NCBI GenBank assembly: GCA_026770705.1
Contig: JANJGN010000039.1
Span: 4,526,001 to 4,590,000 of the forward strand
From: Isurus oxyrinchus
Taxonomy: Eukaryota
Direction: 5' to 3'
DNA length: 64,000 bases
Part shown: piece after piece, positions 37,800 through 50,559 of the stretch
Numbering within the stretch: position 1 is the first letter of the stretch
Layout of the letters: each line of letters opens with the position of its first letter
The notes under the pieces: generated by a model
Told to the model about the DNA's origin: nothing
Databases searched by the model: none
The model's input: only the letters and a program-made list of their open reading frames with translations
Position numbers and translations under genes: made by a program

Positions 37800-40700
37800 A
37801 GTAAACGTTGGTGCAGGTTTCCAAACATCTGATGTTCTCCCATGCAATTCATATGGGGAAGTGGATTGAGGGGAGTAGGTGGGGGTGGTGTCCTCCATAC
37901 ACACGCCTGTTTGCTGCATATTCGGATCAGGTAGTAAGGGATGTTGAGCCGATGTGCAATTGGCTTGCGTCCTGGCTTTTGGCTCAATTCGTGGATGTTT
38001 TCCATTCAGATCGGCAGGGTAGTTGGTAAGTTTGAAAGGTCATTTGAATCGGTTTGTGGATAATCCAGCAAGGCCGGGTATCGTGGTATTCATGAAAGGT
38101 CACAGGGCAATGTCAATGCTTTTTGGGTGTTAGCCTGGTTTGCTAATGAGGGATGTTACCTAACGGCGCGTGTGTTTCTTTCACTGGATGCTCTGTGTGT
38201 ATTTGAGGTTTGTTTCCATAAGATTCGGGGCTAGAGAGGTCAATGAATAAATGCTGTCCAGGCTAGTTATATTAAGGTTGGTTGCGTCTTGGGAAATTAG
38301 TGCTTTTGGATGGGCGGGCCGAGTCAAGATTAGTGACCTATCTGTCAGTGTGGCCGGGACAGAGGAGCAGTCCTTTTTGTTGGGAAGTCAAGCAATTGGG
38401 TTTTGCATTTACTCAATGGGTTAGTTGGGTGGCCAAGTGTAGTCAGCTCCGTTCAAGTCAGTGAGTAGTCTGGCCTCAGGGGATATTTTGTTAAATGGGG
38501 GGTTAACTGAGACCTTTCAATCGGGTAATCAGGTCAGGTTAATTGGTTGTGTGTGCTTGGAAATGCAGCGAGGATGAGTGAAATCTTATTGGGTTTGTCT
38601 GGCATTAGTTAACTGGCCTGCAAAAAGGTCGGGTTGTTTTAAGCGGTTATTGGGGACAGTGGTGAATTTGGTCAGGTACAGCGATTTGGATCAACTGTGG
38701 AAGGGCGGGGTGCTTCGGGTGTTTCGTGAGGTGAATGGGGTCAGGTGGTATTTGGGAAGAGGGAGGTTATGTTGGCGGATTGTGGTGGTGCCTCGATCTG
38801 AGTTATTTTTCTCGTTGGGGCTCTAGTCACTTTGGGTCATGTCCATATTCAAGCCTGTTTGATAATAGCTCGTGAGTGATCGGGGTACTGTTTAAATTGG
38901 ACTTGGGGGATAGTCACATCGATGCAGATTTCATCAGCTGGAGGGTGTATGCATTCTGCAGAGTCTATCGTCCAAAGAATTCGGGGAAATTGGATGGAGT
39001 CGGGTAGAGTCATTTTGTAGCTGGGTCTTGTGTGTTGAAAAGTCTGTTCAGCCGTGGGATAAATAGATCTGCTGGGGTGGAAGATCTTGTCAGCTCGCGG
39101 GTCGGAGAAAGTGGGAGGCACTTTGTTTTGCCCGTGTGTTTGTTCAGCAACTCGAGCTGTAGACAGGCCAAGCCATGGGAAAGCTCTGTTCGATCATCGG
39201 AGTAGTTGTGTCGAATTGGGGGATAGTCCATTCAGGTCAGGGATAGTTGCTCCATTGTTTGGATGAGTAGATTGTTTCAGTCTTCAGGTTGGAGCCACAG
39301 CAATTTAGTTAGTGCTGAATGGCAGTCATGTCGTTTTGGGAGAATGGGTCAGCTTTTGAGTGTAGTCAGTTCAGTTCGCAGTGTGCAGTAATGTCAGGTT
39401 CGTTTGGGTGGAGGAGCTTCAATCGGCTAGCCTTAGGTTAGTTGTTTAATTGTGAGGAATGGTTGCCATTTTAGGATATTCAATTCAGCGGATAGTCATT
39501 TTGGGTAAACGTCTCAGCCTGATTTGTTGGATTGTTAAGATAGTTCGACACGGAGTAGTCAGATGAGCATGCAGTGGTAGTCTTACCCAGAAGTTAATAG
39601 TGGTATCCAGTCAGGTCAGCAGTGTAATCTTGTCAGCTAAAGAAAATCATCACAGGTAGTGAGTAACCCAATCAGGTTGTTGGGTATTCGTGCCGGATTT
39701 GAGAGGTATGTGAATTGGATGGATAATTGGGGCGCATATGAGTCTTACTCGGATTGGCTCGGGGTTTCTCAGGTTCGGTCACGGTGTTAAAGTCCGGTAC
39801 CTTGTTTGTTGCGGTTGAGGATGAGTAAGTAGGATTGGAGAAGGGCTTGATCTGCTCAACACCGTGTACAGTCGGTCAGGTCTCTGGGCAGTTTGGTCAG
39901 ATGGCACGTGGTGATTAGTTCAGGGAGGTAGGAAGGTCGAGTCAATGTTTGTTACTTGAGGTGGGCTTGAAGCTGTCACGAGATGCAAAGGGGTACTCTG
40001 GTGAGGGCAGTGATGTAGACATCTCTGGTGCGTAGTGGGGACTTGTGAGGTGATTTTTGGTACGTGCTGGGGGTATTTTGGCCCAGGTGGTTAGTCGTGA
40101 TCTGCACAGATTAGTCACTTGAGTTTGGGCGGTGGTGACAGTGGTGAGCAGTAGACTTTCCGGTTCAGAAGTTGGCCGGGCTCTGTTGGTGGTAAACAGT
40201 TTAATTGGGCTATTGGGTCGTGGGGGCAGCGGCATATTTGTGTAACATGTTCGGGTCAGTATGTAGCCCATGTAGTGGTATAGTTAGGTCCAGAGTGATA
40301 GTTTGGCCGTGCTGTAAAGGGGTGTAGCTGGAGTGAATAGGGCCGGGAGGTTGAAGAGTCAAGAGAGCTGGATTCAGAAATGTCACCAAGTTGGTTGGAG
40401 GTGTAGTCGGGTCAGGAAACAAGTATTCAGGTTGTGAGTTAGTCCTTCCTGGATGTCAGAAGGAAGAGCATCACTGCTTTAAGGCAGGCATTCCTGGAGT
40501 TAGCCATCTTGGTTCAATGAGAGATAGGTCAGAGGGTATTAATTTGGGCTGGGCTGTTGAAAACTTCGATGCATTGATTCATCAAGCTCAGCATTTAGTT
40601 TATTCGTGTTGTGGGTGTTTAACCGGTGAGGTTAAGGGTATCTGGTCAAGGTGGTGGAATCAACTTGGCCGGGTATGCATGTCAGATCCATTCGTTAATT

Positions 40701-41580
40701 TGGCACGTTTGTTTGCGGGATTTACTGGTGTGTTTCAGGTCAGGCCATAATGGTCATTGGCACGGGTATTCGGACCGAGTGGCGGGTAGTCACGCCTGGT
40801 CAGCGTGTCCATTGTCGAATTGTGATTTTAGGGGGTTGTGTCTGGTCAGCTTGGGATATAGTCAGGTCTAGTCGGAGACTGGTGTGGTCAGTTTCTTGCA
40901 TGAGCTAGTCAACCAAGTGGTTTTTCAGGCTGGGTTTGCAAGTGGAGCAGAAAGATCGTGTCAGGTGTTGTCGCATCTGGTTGGTGCAGGGGAATGTCGA
41001 ATTTGGTTTGCTGCTTGTTGGATCTTGTTGTTGTGGCGGCAGCCTGATAGGATCAGTAGGTAGTCGGATCAAATCAGAGGTTGTCGGACATTATCATTCC
41101 GAGATGTCATGAGATCACTTCGGGGGTGAGTCTAGTATGGAGTGCGATCAGGTGGGAAGGTGGAGAGGCATGTCTTGTTTACAGTCCTGTAGTTAGAGCG
41201 TGACAGGGGCCAGCTGGGTCTGCCAATTATGTGGGGCAATCTGTAACAATCATCAGTTCTGGATGTTATTGGCAGGTAGCTTGAGCGGTTCAGCTAATAA
41301 TCGAGCCGGGTAGGTGCGGTGCTTTTTCGGAGTTGATCAAAGGTAGCCGTGTCTGGTCTGTGCAAGTGATAGTTGGAAAGTGTCAGCGTTTGGCAGAACG
41401 AGCTCGGGGGCTGTTGACAGACTCGGGGAAGTGGACTGTTTTGGGCTGTTTTTTTGGTTCAGGTCATATGGGCTGTCAGGTCCTTAATTTGGTTTAGCAA
41501 CATTTCAGGTTTCATTGAGATCATTGGTTAGTCCGATTGGTTAATATTGGTGTCAGGTCGCGTCAGGTCAGAATCACTAG
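37800..41580. repeat. ~3.8-kb strand-asymmetric, highly degenerate G/T-rich array (core ~GGGTAGTCGGGTCAG)
   Basis: Recurrent tagtc/ggtcag motifs: gggtaatcaggtcagg 38523, gtagtcagttcag 39362, gtgtagtcgggtcagg 40401, atagtcaggtctagtcgg 40858, gtcaggtcgcgtcaggtcag 41552. No recognisable protein motifs. Confidence 0.6.
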
Positions 41581-41859
41581 CCGGCACCGGCGTGATTCTC
41601 TGCTAAGTTAATTGTGAACAGAACTTGAAATTCAACTTAAGGTGTTTTCTGTTCTTTTGTCACCTATACCAGGGTTGAAGGAATGATCAACATCTGGTTA
41701 AAAAAGAACAGCTGAAAGCAAATTTTACAGACAAGATGGGGGCGTCAATGATTTATGTCTTCACGTCGATGGATTATAGAGTGCAGAATCAATCCATTGC
41801 TTGGATCATGCATGTGCTGGCTTCCAAAGAAATATCCAGTTTTGGTTTCCGTGTCTGTT

Positions 41860-42420
41860 CTTTTCCCATAGCGGCTGCAAGTAGCTATTCAGTTCCCTAT
41901 TGAAGCTGCTTTCAACGTGTCTGCAAGCAATGCATTCCAGATAGTAACAACTCTCTACAATCATTTTCTTTTCATGGACTCTCTGATACTCTTGGCAATT
42001 AAATTACCTATCCTAGTTAGAGCGGGAAAATGTTTACTTCCCGTTTGAAAATACCATGGAATATTCATCACCGCGATAACATTTCGCCTTTAACTTCTGC
42101 AGTAAAGGAATGAGCAAGCCCAGCTCCTCTAACCTCTCGATTTCACTGACTGATCTACCATCTCTGGTACCAAAGCAATAACCCGCTCTGCACCCTCCTC
42201 ATATAGTTTCTAATATATATATAGATAGACATAAATTGGATATGGACAGAATTAATCAATTTTACTTTATTGAATTTCAGCACTCACTCCCAATTGTTCT
42301 GTAGTATTTGCATGGAATGATAAGGCAATAACACATGTGCGCATTTTCCAATTCAAATCAAAGTATTCCAGCAGCTTCAACACGGTGTGTACGTCAGCCC
42401 AGTCTTGACTTGTTCCTCAT
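41860..42420 (-). mobile_element. Decayed CR1 fragment upstream of paralogue 3 exon 1
   Basis: gcaatgcattccagatagtaacaactct...agcccagctcctctaacctctc...ctctgcaccctc, typical of reverse-complement CR1 3' sequence. Confidence 0.55.
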
Positions 42421-42619
42421 TTCAAATCGTTGCTTTCAGTTTACATTGACGCTCCTCATTTTCCACTCAATGCAATGCTTTGCACTGCTCTGCATTAAAT
42501 TGCATTAGCCGTGTGTCTCTCCAATGCATCAACCTGCCTTTATACTCATGCTTTGTGTTTCTAACTGAACTTCTTGCTGTTTACTTTTCTGATTTTCTGT
42601 ATTCTACAAAAGGTGAAAA

Positions 42620-42749
42620 TAATGGCAGTTCAATGTTTTGGAAATGTCCCCCTGAAGAATATCAATGTATCCTCCACTCCAGCCTTAACAAGAGCATTAA
42701 ATTAGTCAAATGATTTAGTATCCAATCCTTGCTATTGTCGGTGTCCCTG
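42620..42749 (+). pseudogene. GPR139-like paralogue 3, exon 1 remnant
   Basis: ..I-*(TAG 42716)-YPILAIVGVP followed by G|GTAAG donor at 42750 (phase 1). In-frame stops at 42698 and 42716. The 5' boundary is uncertain. Confidence 0.8.
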
Positions 42750-43019
42750 GTAAGTTTTGTTTTCTATCACGCTGTTAATTAATAACCTCTGACTAACTGC
42801 TTTAGTGTTCTGATTACTTCGTCCCGCGCGTTACTTCCCCCTCAGCCAGTCTATCTGGTTATTAGCTCCACAAACCATTTTTCACTGTTTGTGTAATTTA
42901 CGTGCTCTTTCTTTCATCTGTTGCTGTTCACGCTCTGTCCCTCTGTACAGCAGTTAGATCTATGAAGCACATTGAATTGATTCATGTTTTAAATGTTTGG
43001 ATTCTGGAAGCCATTATCT

Positions 43020-43500
43020 TCCGCCCTTTACACAAACCCCAAACTCTGTAAACCGACTCCCTCCCTTCCGTTGTCAATATGTGAGGTTGAAGAAGATTGC
43101 TGACAACCTCGGCAATCATTCTATCGGTGGATTTACGGTGCCGTATATTCTCGCTCACTAAACCTGAGTGCTACCACCTCCATACATCACCCTCTACTTC
43201 AAGTCACAAAACTAATCAATGTCTACATTACATCCTTGTTAGATTATGTCAATTCAACCTTGGCCACACTCTCGTTTTTAAACGACCAAAAGTACATCAA
43301 ATGCAAATGGCTGTTCCCAAAGGCTGAAGCACACCAACTCCCGCTCACACGCCCCCGTTTGCTCAGTGACCTACATTGGTTCCTGGCCTGGCAGAGCCTC
43401 AGTTTTAGTCATTCAATTATTGTGCTAAAACCAGCCGTGTCTCACGTCTTCGATTCGTTTCATTCCCCTATCTGTTCCCCACGCTCCTGAAAATGGTTCC
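43020..43500 (+). mobile_element. L2-like LINE 3' fragment
   Basis: LDYVNSTLA (canonical LDYSNALLA) and TRP.LLSDLHWFL (canonical ITPVLADLHWLPV) in ORF 43236-43490. Confidence 0.7.
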
Positions 43501-44469
43501 CCATTTGCATTTTATGGACTCACTTCTTTGTCCAAAATGATTTTTCTTTCCCCTCCGTATCGCTCAATGCCCATGATGGCTAGCTCTGCACAGCCACTGT
43601 TACCAGCAGCAAGACGGACAACACCTTGGGAAGGCCGTTTCCGGCTGTCACGTACGACTTGCTATGTTCCCATATGAATCACTCTGAGCTAAATTTGCAT
43701 TAAGTGGCGAGCCGTGTTCCTTGAAAGGACCAGGCATGAAACCTGTATGCGAGCGTCATTTGAAATAGTTACGTTGTGGCAAGTTAGTGGATTTGGCCTT
43801 TATCGTTTTCCGGAGGTTTCATTGTGATATGATGTAGAAACTCAAGAAGACAAATGAATTGGTTCAACATGGTTCGAGATACAGGAACTGTAATGATTCT
43901 GGGTTTGAGGCAAGACTAGCATAAAGAGCAGAGGCGGCATAGAAAATAAACTCTGCAGTATGGTGCAAAGAGGCGGGAACCACGCCGTCAGCATCGCGGA
44001 TGGTCCAAGAGCATTTATACTCCGTGCACATTTCGAGCAGAGTGTGAGGTGACTTCCATTCATCACTGGCTGATGACAGACCTGTGCCAGATAGTTAATA
44101 AGAACGACCTGCGGCAGCGCACCGGAACAAGAATGGCCAGGAGCTGTATGAGGTCACAGCTTCGCTGGGCTTCTGTGCAGGCAGGTCACTTCAGGAAGGA
44201 GAGGGCTGCATTCAATCTCTGAACGTTATGACTTCCTAAAGCCTCCTAATTACAAGGTACATCGTGTCATCGAATACGTTCAAAATTCCTGAATGAGTGC
44301 AGCTCCCACAACAAGGAAGAAACTAAAGATAACAAACGGCATAGTAATCCAATCGATTGGCAGTCCTTCCACGAGCAGTCCCTTCATCCACCTCTTCCAA
44401 ACAGTGGCAGCAGTCTGCAACACCTAAAAGTTGCACTGTAGGATCTTATCATGGCTCCTTAGACAGTAT

Positions 44470-45540
44470 ATAATTTGAATGGACTCTATTTGTTGCAGTG
44501 TGCTGTTCAACTGGCTTCTATTCTCTAAAGTGTGCTGCTAAATATACCCTAATTGCTATGGTGCGTTGTTTGATTATACTCTCTTCTCTGTATTGTGCTG
44601 TTTGAATAGACTCCATTTGCTGTCACGTGTCGTTTGAGCAGACTCTATTTGCTATAGTGCGTTGTTTAAATATACTCATTTTTGTTTCCAAATTGTGCTA
44701 TTTTAATTGACTCTATTCCCTGTGGTGCGTTGTTTGTATGGATTATATTTTCAATCGTGTGTGGTTTAAATATACATCACTTGTCATATGTTCTTGTTTA
44801 TGTAGTTTCATTGCTGCAGTGTGCTGATATATTGACCCTAATTACTCTAGTGTGCTCTTTAGGCGGGCTTTACTGGCTGTAATGGTGCTCTATGTATTGA
44901 TTATATTTGCAAAAATGTGCAGCTTTTACAGACTAATTATTTACATTCTGCTGCTGTATAGGCTCAATTTGTAATAGTGCACTGTTCAAATATCCACTAT
45001 TTCCTATAGTAGTTTGAATAGACTGCATTTGCTCTGGTATTCTGTTCAAAGTGACTATGTTTGTCATCGTGTGATTTTTAATTGGACTACATTTGCTGAA
45101 CTGTCTTGTTCATACAGACCCGAAATTCAATAGTGGATTGAATGAGCTCTATTGGCTAGAGTTTCGTGTTCAACAAGAATATATGTGCTGCAGTGACTTG
45201 GTTAAGTATACACAACATGTGTTTTATCATTCTGTAATTACATTGTATTTTTTGTCACTGTTGAAACAAAAGATATTTGTCATAGTTGCCATACAAGATG
45301 ATGGTGTTATAGTGCACTGTTTATATTGACCCTTTTTTGCCGGAGTGCCCTGCTGAATGGTTCGTTTTCTCCAATGCGTTGGGTGAAAACTGAAATCTCC
45401 TTCGTCATTGGTTAAATAAAGCTTTATTTGCAATGGTGCTCTGTTTAGGGAGGTTCTTGTTTCGCGGTGTTACTCTTTGTACATAGACTTTGGTTGCTCT
45501 AGTGGTTCTTCATAAATAGTCTGCATTGCAGTGCGCTGAT
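44470..45540 (+). repeat. ~32-bp degenerate minisatellite, ~30 copies
   Basis: Consensus gtgtgctgtttgaatagactctatttgctata. Unit starts at 44498, 44530 and ~44561, so the period is 31-32 bp. Confidence 0.85.
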
Positions 45541-45799
45541 GAATAACTTCTCAAATACCAGCTGTTAAGCTGATAAGCACTTATTAGACAACGTAAGTTC
45601 TGCCAGGATCTATGCAGCTAGATACAGACAAAAAGCTTCTGGTCAAGGACCTGCCTTCCAAATTGGAGAACAAAAGGGGGGAGGGGGAGAACGAAAACAA
45701 GGGATGAACTCTGATTGGGTAGATGACAGGAGAGGTCACATAACATAAATCATCCTTAGCAAAGGGAAGGGAGCAGTTCGAGTTATCAAGTTTTTAACT

Positions 45800-46165
45800 T
45801 GGGATTTCAGAGAAGTGGCCATCGCTTGGCAAGGGCAGTAATTTTTGTCCATCTTTAAATTTCCTAGAACTGAAGGGGTTACCAAGCCATTTCACAGGGA
45901 AGCAAATGATCAACTCCATTGCTGTGCCTCTGGAGTCACATGTAGGCCAGACCAGGTAACTTTAGCAGATTTCCTTTCCTAAAGGACATAAGAGAAACAG
46001 TTGGGTTTTTATGACACTCAATGACAGCTTAATGTTCATTATTCCTGAGGCTCGCGTTCTGAATTTAAATTTCACCAAACGCTGTGGTGGGATATGAACC
46101 CAGTTTGAAAGTGGATTAACCTGTGTTAATAGCGCAGTAAGGCTATGATTTTTCCACCGCCTCCG
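45800..46165 (-). mobile_element. SINE copy A (tRNA-like head, LINE-shared body and tail)
   Basis: ctggagtcacatgtaggccagaccaggtaa is shared with 46835 and ~60830. gggatatgaaccc resembles a reversed B-box. Confidence 0.65.
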
Positions 46166-46719
46166 CATAGCAAGGAAGAGAAGAAGATAATTCTGTGCTG
46201 TAAGGGTGTGAAGAGGAGAATCATTATCATCAGTTTCTGCAAGTGACATCATGACAAACAAGATGAAGCCAGGCAGAGGTAAACATGATAGACCCAAAAT
46301 GGTAGATTGAGTTTACATTCTGAAACAGGTAAAATTTAGGTTGAACACAGAAGTTAATAAAGTATCTACTGTAACAATGAAGTGCTGTCCCAAATCGAGG
46401 TCAAAGCCTCACTGGAACAATTCTCCAATCTATATATGGGAGTGTCAGTGAGCGAGAAAAGCAGGGAAGTAAAACTGCCAGAAACCACAACTCCAAGTCA
46501 TGCTTGCAGAGTGGATGTGTGCCATAAAACAGTCGTCCAATCTGCCATTGTCTCCCCACTGCAGGGAATGCCATATTTTCGTCATGAACACAGTTTTCTA
46601 ATTTGAAAGAATTACAGCTAAATTTCTACCTTACCTGCTGCAGTGCACATGTGATTTTTGCATTGGTCAGTAACAATGTCATACAAAAAATATTTTTTCA
46701 TAGGCTCTTTCACTGCAGG

Positions 46720-47075
46720 TGGGTTTTGCAGACAAGGGCAGCGCTTGGTGCCAATCCCTAATGGCACTTGAACTGAGTTGGCTTGCCAGGGCATTTCAGA
46801 GGGCAACAAAGAGTCAAGGACATTGTTTTGTGTCTGGAGTCACATGTCGGCCAGACCAGGTAATGATGCCAGATTCAAGATCAAGAAGGAGTGTAAAAAA
46901 CCATGTGGGTTTTTGTGTGATTTCATTGCTGGTGTCCACGACCGAGATTAGCATCCGAATTCCAGGTTATTTCCTGAATTCAAATTCTGCCATGTTCTAC
47001 TCGAACCTGTGTCCCCAGAACAATAGTCTGGGTCTCTGGCTTTCCAGCCCAGTGACAACAATCATACCACCATCC
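46720..47075 (-). mobile_element. SINE copy B (same family as 45800-46165)
   Basis: catttcagagggc..gagtca..tctggagtcacatgtcggccagaccaggtaa..ctcgaacc..gggtctctgg..ccagtgac. Confidence 0.65.
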
Positions 47076-47899
47076 CCCGCTCCGCCCACTTGCACACAAA
47101 ATGTAAAATTCTGAGCAGCAGTTGCCCACTGTGGCCTTTGCAGCCTCTCCACCATGGAATAAAATCATGGATGATCTGCTTGCAAACTCAATCCCACATT
47201 CCCCTCTACCCCGATAGCCTTTCGCCCCTTGTTGATGAGGAAAATATCTAGGTCGGCTGTAAAAATATTCAAATACACTGTTCGAAAGCCTTTTCAGTAA
47301 GCTGGCTCCAAAGCCTCACAAGGCTCTGAGAGACAAAATGTCTCCTTATTGCTGTCCGAAAAGGAAACAGGAAATTGCAAAGAATGTAGATAGGTTAAGA
47401 CAGTGGACAAGGATCTGGAAAATGGAGTATAATGTGGGAAACAGTGAATGATTAATTTTCTGCAGACTACAGGTATAAAGTGGAAAGGCACGAAGCGGAA
47501 TGCTGACTTCAAGAGGCAGTTGAGGCACGATGGACTGAATAGCCTCTTCCTGCACGGTAATAATTGTATGCAACTCTAATTCTTTGCTGGTTGCCGCATT
47601 TGTTCAATGGGACATGTGTGGTGATAAAGCCTGCAGAATATTCAGTGTGTGAAAACAGAAATACCAAGATTTGTGTTGAATAGAACAGTTGCAAAGTGTG
47701 ATGTCAGTCATGGCTGCTCCAGCAATTTATGCCAGAAACAGAAAATATCAAGTGGAAAAAAGGGGAGCTGGCCATTTTGAAAAATGTAGGCACAATGGTC
47801 ATTCGTAGGCCAAGCTTTGCAGGAAATTAACAGCCACGTGCATCGGGATGGTAAAGGAGATGGATAAGGAGCAGGAAGGAGACAGAGGCCATAGCATCT

Positions 47900-48800
47900 A
47901 CACAGGATTTGCTGGGATTAAAGCCAATACCTGGAATTCACAGAAGCACAATTCTACAGGAGAAAGAGGCTCTCAGGTAGATTGCCAGTGTTATCTAATG
48001 CATGATTGCATGTTCAAAACCTTACCATTACCCATGTACAGGGGTGGCATTAATTTGAACTGCTCTAATTCCTCGTCTCACCACCCATCCATAAGCAAAA
48101 AGCTCTTTTCGATTTTTGAGTTCCCCCATTTAATTCGTGGCGTATTTTCTCCAAACCTACAGTGTTGCAGTGATCCAATCATTGACCAGAAATCACACAA
48201 CCTACTTGGGGTAAGGGCGGAAAAGAGGGTTATTCATTTTAGACAGACACACAATGTGTCAAGGGGCCCCACAACATTCAAAGCCGACCATTCCGAACAA
48301 CTACACCCCATCATCTTTGCATTCATAAATTAAAAGAGTGAAAAGAGATATAATAGCTACAAGGAAAAGACCACATATAAATTAAGAATTATTGGATTAA
48401 AATACCTCAGGCTCCAGAATCCGGAGTACCATTCCATAGCACTTTTCAGAGGTTCGCTGTGTGGAATCGATGTGCGGCGAAAATCTGCTCCAATATTACA
48501 AACTTACACGGTGAGTGAAAGCATTTAGAGATGAATCAGTCTTCTCAGTAGAACCTGGTACAGACGTACAGAAAGTCCAGCAGAAAACAGTGCAGATCAG
48601 GAAAAGGAGATTTGAACCTAGACAGATAGCTGTTTCATCTGGTCCTTCTGATGGATGATTGCAAACAGAGGCAGGCTGCAAGCCTGGAGTCCTGTTGCAC
48701 TTCCGGCGTTGAACTGCGACTGAAGGCGGATCCCTGAGAAATGTATATGAACAGCATTTGGAACAAATCAATTTTCAGTGTCGTGGCAGGGTGGATTCAG
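47900..48800 (+). mobile_element. Decayed L1-like LINE ORF2 C-terminal fragment
   Basis: KTLPLPMYRGGINL resembles the L1/Tx1 LQLP..RGGL.LP motif. Weak similarity only. Confidence 0.4.
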
Positions 48801-49239
48801 AAAAAAAACTATTCAGCTAACAATGCAGCGTGTCGAAACCAATTTTCTTTTGAACAGATAACTTTAGAATCATTAGCACAACATTCAAATGGTCCCAATG
48901 ATGCTAAGCATTTGTGTTATCGTGGCTGGGATGTTTACACAATGAAAGGCGTGTAATACTTTCAGGAATTTGAGGAGCTAAGTTCTGCCAATTATGAAAC
49001 TGATCAGAAACCTCCAGAACAACCAGCATGTGGTCAGCTGCCGTTGCTTAATCCATCGAGCCATTTGTGAAAAACGGTATGTAAACAAGAGAGTAAGCAG
49101 TCCATATTCCTCTTTAAGAGCATTGTCTCTCGTTGTGCTTTCTTGGTGAGGCAAAAACATCAACACCGCTCCTCTGACATGCCCTCTCCAATACTTTGCC
49201 ATGTGAGACAGAACTTGAAAGGCCATCTCTACCTGAACA

Positions 49240-50360
49240 ATTGAACGGAAATTTCGAAGTCCGAGACGGCGGGTGTGATGGGGGCTTGCTCGGGTATTAT
49301 GGCGTGTATCCACTTCACGGTAGCAGGAATCCAGGTTGCAAACTCCCACACAGCCCGCGGAAGTCTGACTGCATTTCCAACCATCGGTCGGTGGGGAGCC
49401 AATTGTATTACACCAGCGTATTATTAAAAGGCCATTCCGACAGGCTCTTGGTCCCCGCATCATCTGGACACATCGGCGGGAAAGCATGCGACATGTTTAA
49501 CATCATCACGCAGGCGACCTGCACTTGTCACCCTTTACTTTGGGAGAACGAAGTGAGTGAGCAGCAGCGTTCTTCACAGCTTCCCCGTTGTTTACAGGGA
49601 TCGGGGCGCTGGTGCAGGGGTGGGGTGTGTTGTGCAATTGACTCCTGGCCCGGGAGGTGGGGGCTGCGTGGTCAGTGTGACTGTGAGCAATTGCTAAATA
49701 GCCGTGCAGGCGCCTGCCGCAGGTTCATGGGTGGAACGGCTGGCCAGTTTTGGGGGCAACTGCTTGGGGGTGGGGGCGCCGGTGTGTGGCGTAGGCTGAA
49801 TATGCCATGGGGCATTTTCTATGCATCCTCAGACGCGGATGCTGAGGAGTTGGGAGGTTCACGTGCTGACCTGGTGTTGCACCACATGCACAGGCAATCG
49901 AGGTTTGAGATAGTGTCAGCAAGAGAAGTGACCAAACATTAGGGGGCGCCTATATAAACTGACCATGGCTCTGCAACTGACACAGATCGGGCGTAGACGC
50001 AATGAAATGATTGGGTTCGGCCTCCTTGACGTCCCGCTCATGCAAGCCATACAGAGGCATCAAAGGACCATCAAGCGTTCCATACCTCACAGCCCCACTC
50101 CCTACCTGCCCGGTGAAAACTTTGAGTCCGCCACCATCTTATTGCAACGTGGAGAAATTGGGCTGCAATCATTGTACAACGTCCTCGTCAACGTTGTGCA
50201 TGTAGCCGTCACCTCCGGGGCGCTCGCAACCACTTGTAATTTCGGCATGCTGCTTGAACCTGTGCCCTCCACCCATGTCACGGGCTGACAAGTCAGCCAT
50301 ACAGCACACTCATCTCTGGCCATCCGAGAGGTGACCAGTTCTCTCTACAGGAAGCTTTAA
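49240..50360 (+). mobile_element. Harbinger 5' region with a first partial transposase
   Basis: GC-rich subterminal region, then VNVVHVAVTSGALATTCNFGM...AIREVTSSLYR (canonical VTVALNFFASGSFQ..CIREVTDALY) at ~50185-50352. Confidence 0.6.
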
Positions 50361-50559
50361 GGGGAGGTCACGCAGGACCAGGAAAGGTGGAAAGCACCAC
50401 TATGATATCTATGTCTCTCTCGTACATGCTGCAGGAGGACCATGTCATTATCATAGATCCTGGTGTCCTAGCTTAATATCTGATAGTCCACAGAGACTGT
50501 TGAAGACGGTGAATTGAGTGATTGAGGCGCCTGGCCACAAAGGTTCAAGAGAAGCAATC

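Noticed and set aside
37800-41580. Endogenous viral or retroelement coding region in the skewed block
   Set aside because: Minus-strand ORFs are short, Pro/Thr-rich and lack gag, pol or env motifs. Kept only as a repeat-array finding pending blastx.
49196-49942. 248-aa Gly/Cys-rich ORF
   Set aside because: Lies in the GC-rich Harbinger subterminal region with a non-ATG start and no recognisable motifs. Likely a chance ORF.
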